Shown: positions 46,366-57,538, numbered from the stretch's first letter. The stretch: DNA of 64,000 nucleotides from an uncultured Oscillospiraceae bacterium (GCA_964577535.1 CAZNZO010000006.1:24550-88549), one strand, 5' to 3'. Numbers and translations: made by a program. The notes: a model not told the origin generated them from the letters alone.

Positions 46366-47745
46366 TTAGTCCTCGTAGGGTTTGTAGTACTTATCCAACA
46401 ATTCTTCAGAAATACGTTTCAACTCGCTTCTGGGCAAAATTCCCAAAAGTTTCCAGCCAAGATCCAACGTTTCTTCGATGGTGCGGTTAACATTGAAGCC
46501 TTGCGCAACGTATTGCTTTTCGAATTCGACGGCAAACTTAGCGTATAGCTTATCAACGTCGGAAAGCGCCGCTTCACCCAAAATTGCAGAAAGTTCCTTG
46601 GCTTCCTTGCCTTGCGCATACGCCGAAAACAGTTGGTTCATTGTGCTTGCATGGTCTTTGCGGGTTTTGCCTTCGCCAATGCCCTTATCCTTCAAACGAG
46701 AAAGGCTGGGCAACACGTCGATGGGAGGGTTGTAGCCACGCTTATACAAATCGCGCGACAAAATTATTTGTCCTTCGGTGATGTAGCCTGTCAAGTCGGG
46801 AATGGGGTGCGTTTTGTCATCTTCTGGCATGGAAAGAATAGGAATTTGTGTGATGGATCCGTTGCAACCGTGAATGCGACCGGCACGCTCGTAGATTTGA
46901 GCAAGGTCGGTATACATATATCCGGGGTAGCCACGACGACCGGGCACTTCCTTGCGTGCGGCAGACGTTTCGCGCAGAGCTTCGGCATAGTTGGTGATAT
47001 CCGTCAAAATAACCAACACTTGCATGCCCTTTTCGAAAGCAAGATATTCGGCAGCGGTAAGCGCCATACGCGGCGTGGAAATACGCTCGATGGCGGGGTC
47101 GTTTGCCAAGTTCATGAACATAACGGTGCGTTCGATTGCGCCGGTTTTGTTGAAATCCTTAATGAAGAAATCGGCTTCTTCATAGGTGATGCCCATTGCA
47201 CCGAACACCACTGCAAACTTTTCGTCATCGCCCAAAACCTTTGCTTGACGTGCAATTTGCGCCGCCAGTTGTGCGTGCGGCAAGCCGCTTGCGGAAAACA
47301 CAGGCAATTTTTGGCCACGAACCAACGTGTTTAGACCGTCTATTGCAGAAATGCCCGTTTGAATAAATTCGTTGGGGTAATCACGAGCGTAGGGGTTGAT
47401 GGGTTGTCCGTTGATATCCAAGCGTTGGTCGGCAATTATGGGAGCGCCACCGTCGATAGGTTCACCCATTCCGTTGAAAACACGGCCAAGCATTTCTTCG
47501 GAAACGGCAAGTTCCAAACTTCTGCCCAAAAAACGGGCTTTTGCTGTGGAAATTTTTAGCCCCTGAGTGCCTTCGAACAACTGCACCAAAGCACGATCGC
47601 CGTTAACTTCCAACACTTTGCCTTTGCGAATTTCGCCGTTTTCTTGCTTTATTTCCACAAGTTCGTTATAGCTAACGCCGTTTACGTGGTCCACCAACAT
47701 AAGGGGACCAACCACTTCTCGAATGGTTTTGTATTCCTTAAACAT
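46366..47745 (-). CDS. ntpB: V-type ATP synthase subunit B
   Basis: 459 aa. Strong A/V-type B-subunit similarity ([28 protein letters not shown]). Confidence 0.93.
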   Translation of the reverse strand: MFKEYKTIREVVGPLMLVDHVNGVSYNELVEIKQENGEIRKGKVLEVNGDRALVQLFEGTQGLKISTAKARFLGRSLELAVSEEMLGRVFNGMGEPIDGGAPIIADQRLDINGQPINPYARDYPNEFIQTGISAIDGLNTLVRGQKLPVFSASGLPHAQLAAQIARQAKVLGDDEKFAVVFGAMGITYEEADFFIKDFNKTGAIERTVMFMNLANDPAIERISTPRMALTAAEYLAFEKGMQVLVILTDITNYAEALRETSAARKEVPGRRGYPGYMYTDLAQIYERAGRIHGCNGSITQIPILSMPEDDKTHPIPDLTGYITEGQIILSRDLYKRGYNPPIDVLPSLSRLKDKGIGEGKTRKDHASTMNQLFSAYAQGKEAKELSAILGEAALSDVDKLYAKFAVEFEKQYVAQGFNVNRTIEETLDLGWKLLGILPRSELKRISEELLDKYYKPYED

Positions 47746-49493
47746 TATTCTTCACCCTTGTTGAGTTCGTTAATTTGCTTTTTGATGTTGCGTTCGATTT
47801 CGTCGAACCTATCCAGATGCGCTTCTTCGATATACTTGCTGCGACCAATTTGTTCGCGAACGGGCAAGTTCAACAAATCTTTTAGTTCCACGTCCCGTTG
47901 CAATGCCGCGGTAGCTTCGTGATAGAAACCCAAAATTAGGCGCATCATGCGATATTGCTTGTTAAGCGAAGTGTAGGTATCCACTTCGTGGAAAGCGTTT
48001 TGGTGCAAATAGTCTTCGCGAATGGATTTTGCCGTTTCCATGGTCAATCTGTCGCGAGCGCCCAAAGCATCCATACCCACCAAACGCACAATTTCGTTTA
48101 GTTGATTTTCTTCTTGCAAAACGTAGCGCACTTCTGCTTTTAGTTTGTTGAAATCTTCCGCCACGTTTTCGGCATACCAATCTTCCAATTTGTCGTCGTA
48201 GAGCGAATAGCTTGTTAGCCAATCGATGGCAGGGAAATGGCGCTTATAGGCCAGTTGTGCCGAAAGGCCCCAAAATACTTTTACTATGCGCAATGTGGAT
48301 TGAGAAACAGGTTCGGAAAGGTCGCCGCCCGGAGGAGATACGGCGCCAATTGCCGAAACCGCACCGACGGTATCGGAACTGCCCAAAACCTTTACTATGC
48401 CAGCACGTTCGTAGAATTCGGCCAGACGGCTTGCCAAATATGCGGGATAGCCTTCTTCGCCCGGCATTTCTTCCAAACGGCCGCTCATTTCACGCAAGGC
48501 TTCCGCCCAGCGCGACGTGCTATCCGCCATTATTGCCACGGTGTAGCCCATATCGCGGAAATATTCGGCAATGGTTATGCCTGTGTAGATGCTGGCTTCA
48601 CGAGCAGCAACGGGCATATCCGAAGTGTTGGCAATAAGCACAGTACGCTTCATAAGCGCTTCGCCGGTTTTTGGGTCGTTAAGTTCGGGAAATTCGCGCA
48701 AAACGTCCGTCATTTCGTTGCCACGTTCGCCGCAGCCCACGTAAACGATGATATCGGCATCCGCCCACTTTGCAAGTTGGTGTTGAACAACGGTTTTGCC
48801 GCTGCCAAAAGGACCGGGCACTGCCGCCACACCGCCTTTGGCAATGGGGAACAACGTGTCGATTACGCGTTGACCGGTAACCATGGGGTATTCCGGCGCC
48901 ATTTTGGACTTATACGGACGACCTTTACGCACCGGCCATTTTTGCATCATGCACAGGCTTTTTTCGCCCACCGTTGCAATTTCGTCCGTTATAAGGTAGT
49001 CGCCTTCCGCCACAATGGAAGTAACCTTGCCACTCACGCCATAGGGAACCATTATTTTGTGCAAAACAACCTTTGTTTCCTGCACGGTACCCAAAACGTC
49101 GCCGGCTTGAACTTCATCGCCCACATTGGCAACGGGCACAAAGTGCCACGATTTTTCACGGCTTAGCGAATGAACTTCCACGCCGCGGCAAATACGGTTG
49201 CCGGATTTTTCCATGAGCTTATTTAGCGGGCGTTGAATACCGTCGAAAATGCTTTCGATAAGCCCCGGCCCTAGCTCTACGGAAAGGGGCGCGCCGGTGG
49301 ATTCGACACTGTCGCCCACCGTTAGGCCGCTGGTTTCTTCATATACCTGAATGCTTGCTCGGTCGTTACGCAATTCGATGACTTCGCCAATAAGTTTTTT
49401 ATCAGAAACCTTAACTACGTCGTACATTTCCACGTCGGCCAAGTTTTCCGCAACGATAAGCGGGCCGCTTACTTTCACGATTTTTCCAACCAT
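47745..49493 (-). CDS. ntpA: V-type ATP synthase subunit A (catalytic)
   Basis: 582 aa. Walker [10 protein letters not shown] and GCGERGNEM. Confidence 0.95.
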   Translation of the reverse strand: MVGKIVKVSGPLIVAENLADVEMYDVVKVSDKKLIGEVIELRNDRASIQVYEETSGLTVGDSVESTGAPLSVELGPGLIESIFDGIQRPLNKLMEKSGNRICRGVEVHSLSREKSWHFVPVANVGDEVQAGDVLGTVQETKVVLHKIMVPYGVSGKVTSIVAEGDYLITDEIATVGEKSLCMMQKWPVRKGRPYKSKMAPEYPMVTGQRVIDTLFPIAKGGVAAVPGPFGSGKTVVQHQLAKWADADIIVYVGCGERGNEMTDVLREFPELNDPKTGEALMKRTVLIANTSDMPVAAREASIYTGITIAEYFRDMGYTVAIMADSTSRWAEALREMSGRLEEMPGEEGYPAYLASRLAEFYERAGIVKVLGSSDTVGAVSAIGAVSPPGGDLSEPVSQSTLRIVKVFWGLSAQLAYKRHFPAIDWLTSYSLYDDKLEDWYAENVAEDFNKLKAEVRYVLQEENQLNEIVRLVGMDALGARDRLTMETAKSIREDYLHQNAFHEVDTYTSLNKQYRMMRLILGFYHEATAALQRDVELKDLLNLPVREQIGRSKYIEEAHLDRFDEIERNIKKQINELNKGEE

Positions 49494-49823
49494 TTATTTG
49501 TCCTCTTTGTTAAAAATTACGTCCACGCCGATGGCCTTTTCCACGTCGTTTTTGATGCCCTGCAAACCAAACCCCGACGAATTTGTGGAGGTTGGGATGG
49601 GCACAATGGCAGGGAAGGGCTGTGTTTTGGCTTTTGCCAATACGGCAGGAATTTGCTCGGCAAGATTTTCCGCCAAAAACAACACGGCGTACTGCTGTTG
49701 TGATAATTTTTTTATTAGCGCTTGCGCTTCCTGTGCGGTGGTGGCATCGAAAACTTCCACTCCCACCGATTTGAAGGCAAGAACGCTGTCTTTATCGCCT
49801 ATTACGGCAATTTTGTTAACCAT
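49494..49823 (-). CDS. V-type ATP synthase subunit F
   Basis: 109 aa. IAVIGDKDSVLAFKSVG pattern and operon position. Confidence 0.8.
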   Translation of the reverse strand: MVNKIAVIGDKDSVLAFKSVGVEVFDATTAQEAQALIKKLSQQQYAVLFLAENLAEQIPAVLAKAKTQPFPAIVPIPTSTNSSGFGLQGIKNDVEKAIGVDVIFNKEDK

Positions 49824-49843
49824 TTGGCTCCTTACAAGCGCCG

Positions 49844-50770
49844 TTAGCGCTTTTTGTTGACTGACTTGTTAGTGCCGTTTTTTACGGCTATAAGAATGCG
49901 ACGCACTTTGTCTATTTCGTCTTGTTTGCGGAAATAGTAGGCCACGACGGGCTGAATTGTTAGGGAATCGGCATATTCTGCAACAATTTTGTTGCGGCCT
50001 TCCCGTTGCAATTCTTCTGCCGAAGACAAATCCTTTTTGCAAACTTCGGCAAACTTGCCCAGTTCTCCGGTCAAAGCAGCACCATTCCAAAATTCAAAAA
50101 CGTTTTGTTTGGATAGCGTTCCGCCCACCACAAACCAATCGTCCAAGTCCTTTTGGGTGCGACCGGCCTTTTGCAAGCGGCAAACGAGCATAAGGTTTGT
50201 TGTATCCGCATGCCATTGGCACAACCTTTTTATAAGCGGCACTTTGCATTTATTGGCACATTCGCGCATTTCGGCAAAACATGCCACGTCCAAAATTCTA
50301 TCCACCACTTGCGGACTTCTGTTGCCCTGTGCAAACTGAAAGTCCACGGCATCGCACGCTTCCGCCATTATGGGGGAAAGTTGCGAATAGTCGTCGTTGA
50401 CCATGCCTTCCGCCATTGCTTGCGCACTTAGTTTTGCATGTTCAAAACAGCCGTCGGTGCCATCTATGCGAGCATATTTTCGCTTCATAAGCACTTTGGC
50501 GTTGTGGTAATCGTATTGACACGAAAAATAGTTTAGCACGCCTTGGTTGAAGCACAATTCTTTTAGCAAAGCCACGTTGGCATCCGCCTGAGCGTTTAGC
50601 ACCTCTTCGTAGCCGTTTGCCTCAACGCTGACGCCGTAGCCGCATTCGGAAAGCACCTTCAACGCTTCGCCCAAGGTGAGGCAATCGGCAAGCCGAGAAA
50701 ACTTATCGGCGCCAAGCAGTTTGGTGGACATAACGGCAATGCGACCGTTAGCATACAATTGATTGCTCAT
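49844..50770 (-). CDS. ntpC: V-type ATP synthase subunit C (d-type)
   Basis: Start at MSNQLYANGRIAV, directly after the subunit E stop. Size and operon position fit. Confidence 0.75.
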   Translation of the reverse strand: MSNQLYANGRIAVMSTKLLGADKFSRLADCLTLGEALKVLSECGYGVSVEANGYEEVLNAQADANVALLKELCFNQGVLNYFSCQYDYHNAKVLMKRKYARIDGTDGCFEHAKLSAQAMAEGMVNDDYSQLSPIMAEACDAVDFQFAQGNRSPQVVDRILDVACFAEMRECANKCKVPLIKRLCQWHADTTNLMLVCRLQKAGRTQKDLDDWFVVGGTLSKQNVFEFWNGAALTGELGKFAEVCKKDLSSAEELQREGRNKIVAEYADSLTIQPVVAYYFRKQDEIDKVRRILIAVKNGTNKSVNKKR

Positions 50771-50771
50771 G

Positions 50772-51344
50772 TTACTCTCCAAACAAAGCCGTTGCAACTG
50801 CTCCTTCCGTTTGCTCGCGCACGTATGCAACAACGTTTTTCAGCGACAAATCTTTGTCGTAGCCTTCGCCTTGCAACAGCAAGCCGCCATCCGTTTGAAG
50901 GTTGCCTTTGCCCAGCACAAGCTTTTTGCCGGTGCTATCCAAAAACTTTTGATCCACAAAAGTTGCATCGGCCTTGCTAACAAACACCGTTTCGCCATCT
51001 TCGGCATAGTTTTGCAACAGTTTGTGCAAAAATGCCTTGCGTTGGGCACCGGAAAGGTTTTGCAAAGTTAGCAAAGCGTTTTGATAGCAAGCGGAAACAA
51101 GCGTTTGCTTTTTTTGCAACTCGTACTTTCTGGAAGAAAGCTTTGCACCGGCCAAACCGTTACGCAAACTTTCTGCGGATAGTTTTTCCAACCTGGCGGC
51201 AAGCGTTTGCTTTTCGGCATCTATCGCTTTTTGCGCCGCTTGAGAAATTTCCGTAGCTTGATTTTGCGCTTCGGCTAAAATTTCGTTGCATTTTTCTTCT
51301 GCATCGGAAAGTATTTTGTTGATTATGTTGTCTTTTCCGTTCAT
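50772..51344 (-). CDS. ntpE: V-type ATP synthase subunit E
   Basis: 190 aa. Charged coiled-coil N-terminus and operon position. Confidence 0.75.
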   Translation of the reverse strand: MNGKDNIINKILSDAEEKCNEILAEAQNQATEISQAAQKAIDAEKQTLAARLEKLSAESLRNGLAGAKLSSRKYELQKKQTLVSACYQNALLTLQNLSGAQRKAFLHKLLQNYAEDGETVFVSKADATFVDQKFLDSTGKKLVLGKGNLQTDGGLLLQGEGYDKDLSLKNVVAYVREQTEGAVATALFGE

Positions 51345-51363
51345 AGTTGCCTCGGTTGCGTGG

Positions 51364-51930
51364 TTATCTTGCGAATCCCAACAAAGCAGTTACTTTTTCG
51401 GCAACTTCGGGAATTTCGGGAACAACGATTTGATCCACTGCGGAAACGGGGATGTTAGCAAACAAAATGATGGATGCAACCAAGCCCAGCAATGCGTAGA
51501 ATTCGATCATTGCAGGGAACAAGAATGCTTTGGAAACTTCGTTTCTTTTGCCAACGCCAATGATTGTTGCGGCGCAGGTACGTCCTTGCAAATAGCCGGA
51601 AATGGATCCGCCTAGCATCATGGGAACGCATGCCCAGAAAAGGTTCCAGCCCTGAGCGGTTATTTGTGCTGCAGTGGGAGTGATTTCCGCTGCGGCCAGC
51701 GCTGCCGTTGTGGGCAAATAGGATGCGCCGATGATGGCAATAACGAAGCCGTACAAACCTTGTGTTGCCGGCAACAAAGCCAACACGATGACTTTGCTGA
51801 ATTTGCTGGGATCTTCGGCCAAAACGCCGGCAGCTGCACTGCCCGTTGCCTTCATGCCCAAGCCGGATCCAACGCCACACAGCACTGCTGTAAGCGCCAA
51901 ACCGATGATACCGATTGTTAAACCTGTCAT
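51364..51930 (-). CDS. ntpK: V-type ATP synthase proteolipid subunit K
   Basis: 188 aa. LLPATQGLYGFVIA and PAMIEFYALLG align with Enterococcus hirae NtpK LLPGTQGLYGFVIA and AAMVETYAILG. Confidence 0.88.
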   Translation of the reverse strand: MTGLTIGIIGLALTAVLCGVGSGLGMKATGSAAAGVLAEDPSKFSKVIVLALLPATQGLYGFVIAIIGASYLPTTAALAAAEITPTAAQITAQGWNLFWACVPMMLGGSISGYLQGRTCAATIIGVGKRNEVSKAFLFPAMIEFYALLGLVASIILFANIPVSAVDQIVVPEIPEVAEKVTALLGFAR

Positions 51931-52046
51931 TTTTCTTTTCCTCCGAAAAATTTTGTTGTTATTGTTATTTTTTGTTGCGGTTTTTGCCGCAATTATTGTT
52001 GATTGTTGAAAATTTTGCTATACGTAGTGGCAAATTCGCTACAAGC

Positions 52047-54056
52047 CTACTTTTCGTTTTTTAGCAAAACATATTTTGTGTCGCTGCCAAATGGCACGAA
52101 CAATTGTCCGTCGCCTTCGTAGAATTTGCCAAAAAATTCCACGTACTGCAAACGACCGTTGTGAATGTAGACGCTTAGCAAGCCCATAACCATGTTGAAC
52201 AGGTGCATTACAATTAGAATAAGCACGCCAAACACATAGCCAAAGCCACCGCCGGCAGATGCCATTTCGGCAAGCATGTTCACTACTTGTCCGATAAGCG
52301 CGGACGAAAGCATCAAACCGAACACACGAATGTAGCTCATGGCATCGGAAAAATAGTTTATCAGTCCATACACACTGCCAAAGCTTTTGGTAAGTTTGCC
52401 TTTTAGCCCTGCCGTGCCTAAACCTGCGAACACAACGCCCACTGCCAATGCGCCCAAACATACGTAAAGGCCAACGTTAGAAACAACTTGCGGCAATTTT
52501 AGAACCATATACGGCTGGTATGCGGCCATATCCAAAGCGGCGTTCCAAATGGCAACTATCAGCCCAATGAACACCAATATCCACGGAAAATCACAAAGCC
52601 AAGCGGCAAGTTTTTGACCATTTTTATACTTTGTGGCCATGCTGCACCCAACGCCCACCATTATGTGGCAAAGCCCCAACAAAACGCTTAGTATGATTGT
52701 TAGCATGGGATACTGCGAAGCATCTGGAAGTATGCCGGGATACAAGGTGTAACAGAAGAAAGAACCGAACAGCGCGCCCACCACTATTGCGGAAATTCCG
52801 CAAAAACCAAACACTTGCAACAGCGTCTTCATGCCGGTTTGCTGCTTTATGTAGAAACTGGCAAACAATCCTGCCGCAATAAGCAGCAAGCCGTAGCCGA
52901 TATCTGCAACCATAAAACCAAACAACACAAAGTAGCACACACTCATTGCCGGGTTGGGGTCGATATCGTGATAGCTGGGCGGTGTGTAGGCGTTTGTGAT
53001 ACATTCGAACTTGCTAACCACCTTGTTGTTTTGTGTCAACGTGGGGGCAAATTCTTCTTCGCCTATTTCGTCGAAAGCGGCAACAAAACAGTTGCCAACG
53101 CTTTCTACCGCGGCAGACACCGCTTGTTCGTCTTGAGCGGGATAGTAGCCTTCCAAAACGAAAGTTTGCGCCGTTTTTTGAAAATCGCCGTCGGCATCGG
53201 CCTTTTTGATGCAAAGATTTATCCAATCCACGTAAATCTGCCAGGCGGGAACTTGGCTGCAATATGTGGCAACTTGCTGTTTTGTTTGACGAAGCTTTTC
53301 GAGTAGGTCTTGGCGCTTATCGTGCAAGTTTTGCAACACAGTTTGCGGCAGTTGGTCGCAGGAAAGCGAACATCTTGCCAGCCCCAACGCCGAAGCGGAA
53401 TCGAAAAACTCCGTTTGGCTTTTGTGAGCGACAACAGCAACCACCGCCGTTTGCGACGTTCCGCAAACCTTTTGCACTTCCACCAAGTCATGGGTTTCAG
53501 CCAAATCTTGTAGCTGCGAAAAATAACTTTCCGGCAGTTGGCACAACCGCACTTCCGCCCATTCGGTGCTTTGATACCACGTTGTGGGGTGTGGCAAATC
53601 GGCAATTAGTTGAAAGTTGTTTGTTTCCGTTTGGTTTTGAACTAGGTCCGCTTGCAGTTGAGCAATTTGTTGGCGCAAGTTTTGCAAACTTTGCAACTGA
53701 TCTTCCACCACGCTTTGTTGTTTGCCAAATTGCAAAAACTGCTGGAAGGTTTCTTCCTGCTTGGGACAACGCATAGACGACTTGGGCAACTGCGCCTTTT
53801 CCACTTCGCTATCACGCTTGAATTCGGCGTTGAAAGCATCGGAAAACTCCGAAAGATATGCCATCGCATCTTCTGCAAGGCGCACCTTTTCGGCATAGCT
53901 TTGAACAACGTCGGGCGAGCGGACGGTTTGACAACGGTCAATTTCTTCCGTTCGCTTCAGCTGAACGATGTTGCTTTTGATAAGCGCGTCGAAAATTTTA
54001 TCTTTGTCGCATTGCATTGCCAACAAAGTCATGCGTTTCATTTTTACGATTGCCAT
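52047..54056 (-). CDS. ntpI: V-type ATP synthase subunit I (a-type)
   Basis: Start at MAIVKMKRMTLLAM. Soluble N-terminal half plus a polytopic C-terminal half. Confidence 0.85.
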   Translation of the reverse strand: MAIVKMKRMTLLAMQCDKDKIFDALIKSNIVQLKRTEEIDRCQTVRSPDVVQSYAEKVRLAEDAMAYLSEFSDAFNAEFKRDSEVEKAQLPKSSMRCPKQEETFQQFLQFGKQQSVVEDQLQSLQNLRQQIAQLQADLVQNQTETNNFQLIADLPHPTTWYQSTEWAEVRLCQLPESYFSQLQDLAETHDLVEVQKVCGTSQTAVVAVVAHKSQTEFFDSASALGLARCSLSCDQLPQTVLQNLHDKRQDLLEKLRQTKQQVATYCSQVPAWQIYVDWINLCIKKADADGDFQKTAQTFVLEGYYPAQDEQAVSAAVESVGNCFVAAFDEIGEEEFAPTLTQNNKVVSKFECITNAYTPPSYHDIDPNPAMSVCYFVLFGFMVADIGYGLLLIAAGLFASFYIKQQTGMKTLLQVFGFCGISAIVVGALFGSFFCYTLYPGILPDASQYPMLTIILSVLLGLCHIMVGVGCSMATKYKNGQKLAAWLCDFPWILVFIGLIVAIWNAALDMAAYQPYMVLKLPQVVSNVGLYVCLGALAVGVVFAGLGTAGLKGKLTKSFGSVYGLINYFSDAMSYIRVFGLMLSSALIGQVVNMLAEMASAGGGFGYVFGVLILIVMHLFNMVMGLLSVYIHNGRLQYVEFFGKFYEGDGQLFVPFGSDTKYVLLKNEK

Positions 54057-54057
54057 G

Positions 54058-54366
54058 TTACAACAATTGCTCCAAAACAATTTTTGTTGCCGCATCTACG
54101 TTTTTGGCGTATTCGGCAATTTTTTCGTCGGTGACGGCATTTAGTTTTTGCAGTTCTTCTTGCGCCTTTTGTTGCACTTCGGCTTGGATTTGCTTGCTTT
54201 TTTGTGCAAAATCCGCCTTGCTTTGCGCCGATGCCTGTTTTTTATCCTTATCCGACTGAATTTCCGCAGCGGTTACGACGTTTGCGGCATCTTGCTTTGC
54301 TTGCGCAATTTTTTGGGCGGCAAGGTCTTCCGCTTCCAAAATGGAATTTACTACTTCTTCGATCAT
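54058..54366 (-). CDS. V-type ATPase peripheral-stalk subunit (G/H-like)
   Basis: 102 aa, Ala/Gln/Lys-rich helix. First gene of the operon, with a GGAGA SD. Confidence 0.55.
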   Translation of the reverse strand: MIEEVVNSILEAEDLAAQKIAQAKQDAANVVTAAEIQSDKDKKQASAQSKADFAQKSKQIQAEVQQKAQEELQKLNAVTDEKIAEYAKNVDAATKIVLEQLL

Positions 54367-54387
54367 GTTTTTTCTCCGTCAAATTGG

Positions 54388-54816
54388 TTATTTTTCGATT
54401 TTATCCACTCTGTTTTGATGACGACCGCCATCGAACGGTGTGAACAAAAACGCATCCACTATTTTTTGAGCCGTAGGAAAATCGACGTATTTTTGTCCCA
54501 TTGCCAAAACGTTTGCATCGTTGTGGCGACGTGTCATTGTGGCCATATCTTCGTTGGTGCAAAGAGCGCAACGAATGCCATGAACTTTGTTGGCGACAAT
54601 GGAAACGCCTATGCCTGTTGTGCAAATTACCACGCCTTTTTGGCAGGTGCCATCGGCAACGGCTTGCGCCGCAGGGCGAGCGAAATCGGGATAGTCGCAA
54701 CTTTCCGTTGAGTTGGTGCCAAAATCGACAACCTGAATGCCTTTGCTTTGCAAATAGGCAACTACTTGCGTTTTTAGTTGCAGACCGCCGTGATCGCTGG
54801 CAATGGAAACTTTCAT
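54388..54816 (-). CDS. rpiB: ribose-5-phosphate isomerase B
   Basis: 142 aa. IASDHGG and CTTGIGVSIVANK motifs. Confidence 0.88.
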   Translation of the reverse strand: MKVSIASDHGGLQLKTQVVAYLQSKGIQVVDFGTNSTESCDYPDFARPAAQAVADGTCQKGVVICTTGIGVSIVANKVHGIRCALCTNEDMATMTRRHNDANVLAMGQKYVDFPTAQKIVDAFLFTPFDGGRHQNRVDKIEK

Positions 54817-54882
54817 TATTTCACCTCGTTGTTACGTTGATATTTTTAGGGTATTTTTGGGTTGCTTTTTCATGCAAACACA

Positions 54883-55008
54883 CAGATTGCAAATTGTGCA
54901 CATTGTCAGCTTCAAAATTTTTTGGTTGTTACTGCAATTAAACACGCTAACGGCAAGTTGTGACGTTAACTTCAATATTTTGGGCAGCTGATTGCAAATT
55001 GCGCATAT
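54883..55008. repeat. pair of 21-mers 105 bp apart plus a pair of ~20-mers 60 bp apart
   Basis: Minus strand ATGTGCACAATTTGCAATCTG (54903..54883) versus ATATGCGCAATTTGCAATCAG (55008..54988), 18/21 identical. CAAAAAATTTTGAAGCTGACA (54924..54904) versus CAAAATATTGAAGTTAACG (54982..54964). Confidence 0.7.
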
Positions 55009-55243
55009 TGCCACCGCAATATTCTTTGCTTACATTGCTTTTAGCAAACACGCTGTCAAGCAAAATTACTCACACCTGACAACGGCACCGTTTTTTGAAA
55101 GCATAACGATTTTTACCGTGAAAATCGTGCGTTATTTGCGGCAAATTTTGATGGTTTTTGCGTTTTTTACACAATTTGTTGCACCATTTTTTGCGTGTTT
55201 TGCGTGTTTTTTCAACAATTTTGCAAATTTTGGCACGCAAAAC

Positions 55244-56236
55244 TTAAATTATGTTGTGCGATGCCGAACGAATTAGGCGGTTCAAAATGCTTTGCGCATA
55301 TTGCGTTTTGGAAGAGAAACTGGCAATGATATAGTCGTAGTGTTTTTCCAAATAGCGCAAGTTTTCGAACAGGTTTTGCGCAACTTCATCATCCGTTTGG
55401 CCTATTTGCCAGGTGTTGCAACCTTCAAAAAGTTGCGGATTTTCCACCAAAAGCACGGGATTTAGCCCTTGTTTGCACAAATTTTGGTAGTACTGCGCCA
55501 GTTTTTGCACATCGCCATCCAGTTCTAGCGCCATGGGCACTTTGGGCGCATAGTGTTTGTAGCGAACACCGGGGGAATTGACCTTTTCCTTGGGGTCGGT
55601 TACCACGCGAACGGGTTTGCCCAGCACTTGCTGCAATTTTTCCGCCGTGATAAACCCCGGCCGCAAAATAAGCGGCGTTTCGCCACAGCAATCCACCACG
55701 GTGGATTCGATGCCCACTTCGCACGGACTGCCGCACAAAATTGCGGAAATTTTGCCGTCCATATCTTCCTTGACGGCTTGCCACGTTGTGGGGCTGGGAC
55801 GAGAACTTGTGTTGGCACTGGGCGCCGTAACGGGAACGTTGCAATGGCGCAAAAATTCGCGCGCTTCCGCCGACTTGGGCATGCGAACGGCAACGGTACC
55901 CAGCCCTGCCGTGATGCAATCGGAAATGATTTTTTTCTTGGGCAAAACAATTGTTATGCTGGCCGGCATAAGGTTATCGATGATTTTTTGTGCATCGGCC
56001 GGCACCCTTTCGGCAATTTGGTGGATTTGACTTTTATCCCAAACGTGCACTATCAGGGGGTTATCGGACGGGCGGCCTTTTGCCACGTAGGTGGATTTGA
56101 CGGCGGCTTCGTCCAAGGCGTTGGCACCCAAACCATAGACTGTTTCCGTAGGGAAGGCAACAAGTTGTCCTTGACGTATTAGGCGACCTGCTTCGGCCAG
56201 ATCGTTTTGGTTGAATTGCAAATACTTGGTTTCCAA
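55244..56236 (-). CDS. tsaC: L-threonylcarbamoyladenylate synthase (Sua5/YwlC type)
   Basis: 330 aa. GQLVAFPTETVYGLGANA plus a C-terminal Sua5 domain. TTG start 7 nt after AGGAG. Confidence 0.85.
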   Translation of the reverse strand: METKYLQFNQNDLAEAGRLIRQGQLVAFPTETVYGLGANALDEAAVKSTYVAKGRPSDNPLIVHVWDKSQIHQIAERVPADAQKIIDNLMPASITIVLPKKKIISDCITAGLGTVAVRMPKSAEAREFLRHCNVPVTAPSANTSSRPSPTTWQAVKEDMDGKISAILCGSPCEVGIESTVVDCCGETPLILRPGFITAEKLQQVLGKPVRVVTDPKEKVNSPGVRYKHYAPKVPMALELDGDVQKLAQYYQNLCKQGLNPVLLVENPQLFEGCNTWQIGQTDDEVAQNLFENLRYLEKHYDYIIASFSSKTQYAQSILNRLIRSASHNII

Positions 56237-56703
56237 AATATAACTCCTGCGCTGTTAGCGCTTAATCTCCGCTATTATACCACGAAACAGCATTTTTGTA
56301 AACCCCCGATTTGGGCGATTTGGGCGATAAAACGGCTGGATTTTTTGCGATTGCCTGACAAACTGACGGCAGTTGTTCAGCGGCACCACAAACAAAGAAC
56401 TTTTTTGCGTTTTTGCGGCAAAAACAAGCGCGCTACAAATGGCGGCAAGTTTGAAGATTTTTTATTTTGGGAACGCACCACTACGGGAACTTTGCAACGT
56501 TTTGGACGCAATAACGGCTTATTGCTGTTTTTTTCGCACGGAAATTGCGCAAAAAGCACGCACAAATTGCACAAAAACACTGCACCGTTGTACCATTTTT
56601 GCGACACAGGCCCGATATTCGTGCCCGCGCCTTGGTGGCTTTTTAGGCAAACAAAAGCGCCGCTTAACGGTGCTACGCTCGGCGCACAAATTTTGCAAAC
56701 CCA

Positions 56704-56732
56704 TTGCAATTTGTTTCAAAGTGCGATACAAT
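56704..56732 (+). promoter_or_regulatory. sigma-A type promoter
   Basis: TTGCAA, 17-nt spacer, TACAAT; 30 nt before ATG 56762. Confidence 0.6.
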
Positions 56733-56761
56733 ATTGCAAGAAGAATTTTGGAGGATTTTTT

Positions 56762-57538
56762 ATGAAAATTACCTTTGTTACCGGCGCCGCAAGCGGACTG
56801 GGAAAAGAATTTGCACTTCTTTATGCAAAAGACGGAAACAACTTGTTGCTTGTGGACGTGAACGAGCAAGGTTTGACGGAACTTGCCACGGAACTTAGCA
56901 GTGAATATCCCGATTTGGTGATAGATACTTTTGTGGCCGACCTTTCAAAAACGGAAGAACTGGAAAAAGCCTTCCGCCACACGGTGGAAAAAGGATATTT
57001 TGTGAACAACTTGGTGAACGCTGCCGGTTTTGGCGACAGGTGTGACTTCAAGGATATGGACGTGAACAAGCAAGTTGCCATGACCAACGTTAACTGCAAC
57101 GCCGTGCTGTATTTCACAAGAGTGTTTTTGGACGGCATGCTTGCCAATAACGAAGGGCACATAATAAACGTGGCATCCATCGCCGCTTTTATGCCGGCTC
57201 CCTACATGTGCACGTATCACGCAACAAAAAGTTTTGTGCTGTTGCTAGGTGAAGCCGTTAGCTACGAAATTCGCAAAACAAAAGTTAAGTTGCTCACGTT
57301 GTGCCCCGGCCCGTTTTTATCCAAATTTGTGGAACTGGCCCACAATGACTACACTTTTGAAAAAATAAAGCCCATCACTGCGGCAAAAGTTGCGCAAATT
57401 GGCTACGCAAAATCCCTTAAAGGCAAAAGTTTGCACATTATTGGGGCAAAAAATCGCCTGACCATTTTTGCAACCAGACTTGTGCCACGCAAACTTGTTA
57501 CGTCTTCTTCTGCAAAGACAATGAAAAAAGGCGACTGA
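56762..57538 (+). CDS. SDR family oxidoreductase
   Basis: Start at MKITFVTGAASGLGKE (GGAGGA SD). YxxxK motif YHATK. The upstream 185 codons of the track ORF are unsupported. Confidence 0.85.
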   Translation: MKITFVTGAASGLGKEFALLYAKDGNNLLLVDVNEQGLTELATELSSEYPDLVIDTFVADLSKTEELEKAFRHTVEKGYFVNNLVNAAGFGDRCDFKDMDVNKQVAMTNVNCNAVLYFTRVFLDGMLANNEGHIINVASIAAFMPAPYMCTYHATKSFVLLLGEAVSYEIRKTKVKLLTLCPGPFLSKFVELAHNDYTFEKIKPITAAKVAQIGYAKSLKGKSLHIIGAKNRLTIFATRLVPRKLVTSSSAKTMKKGD

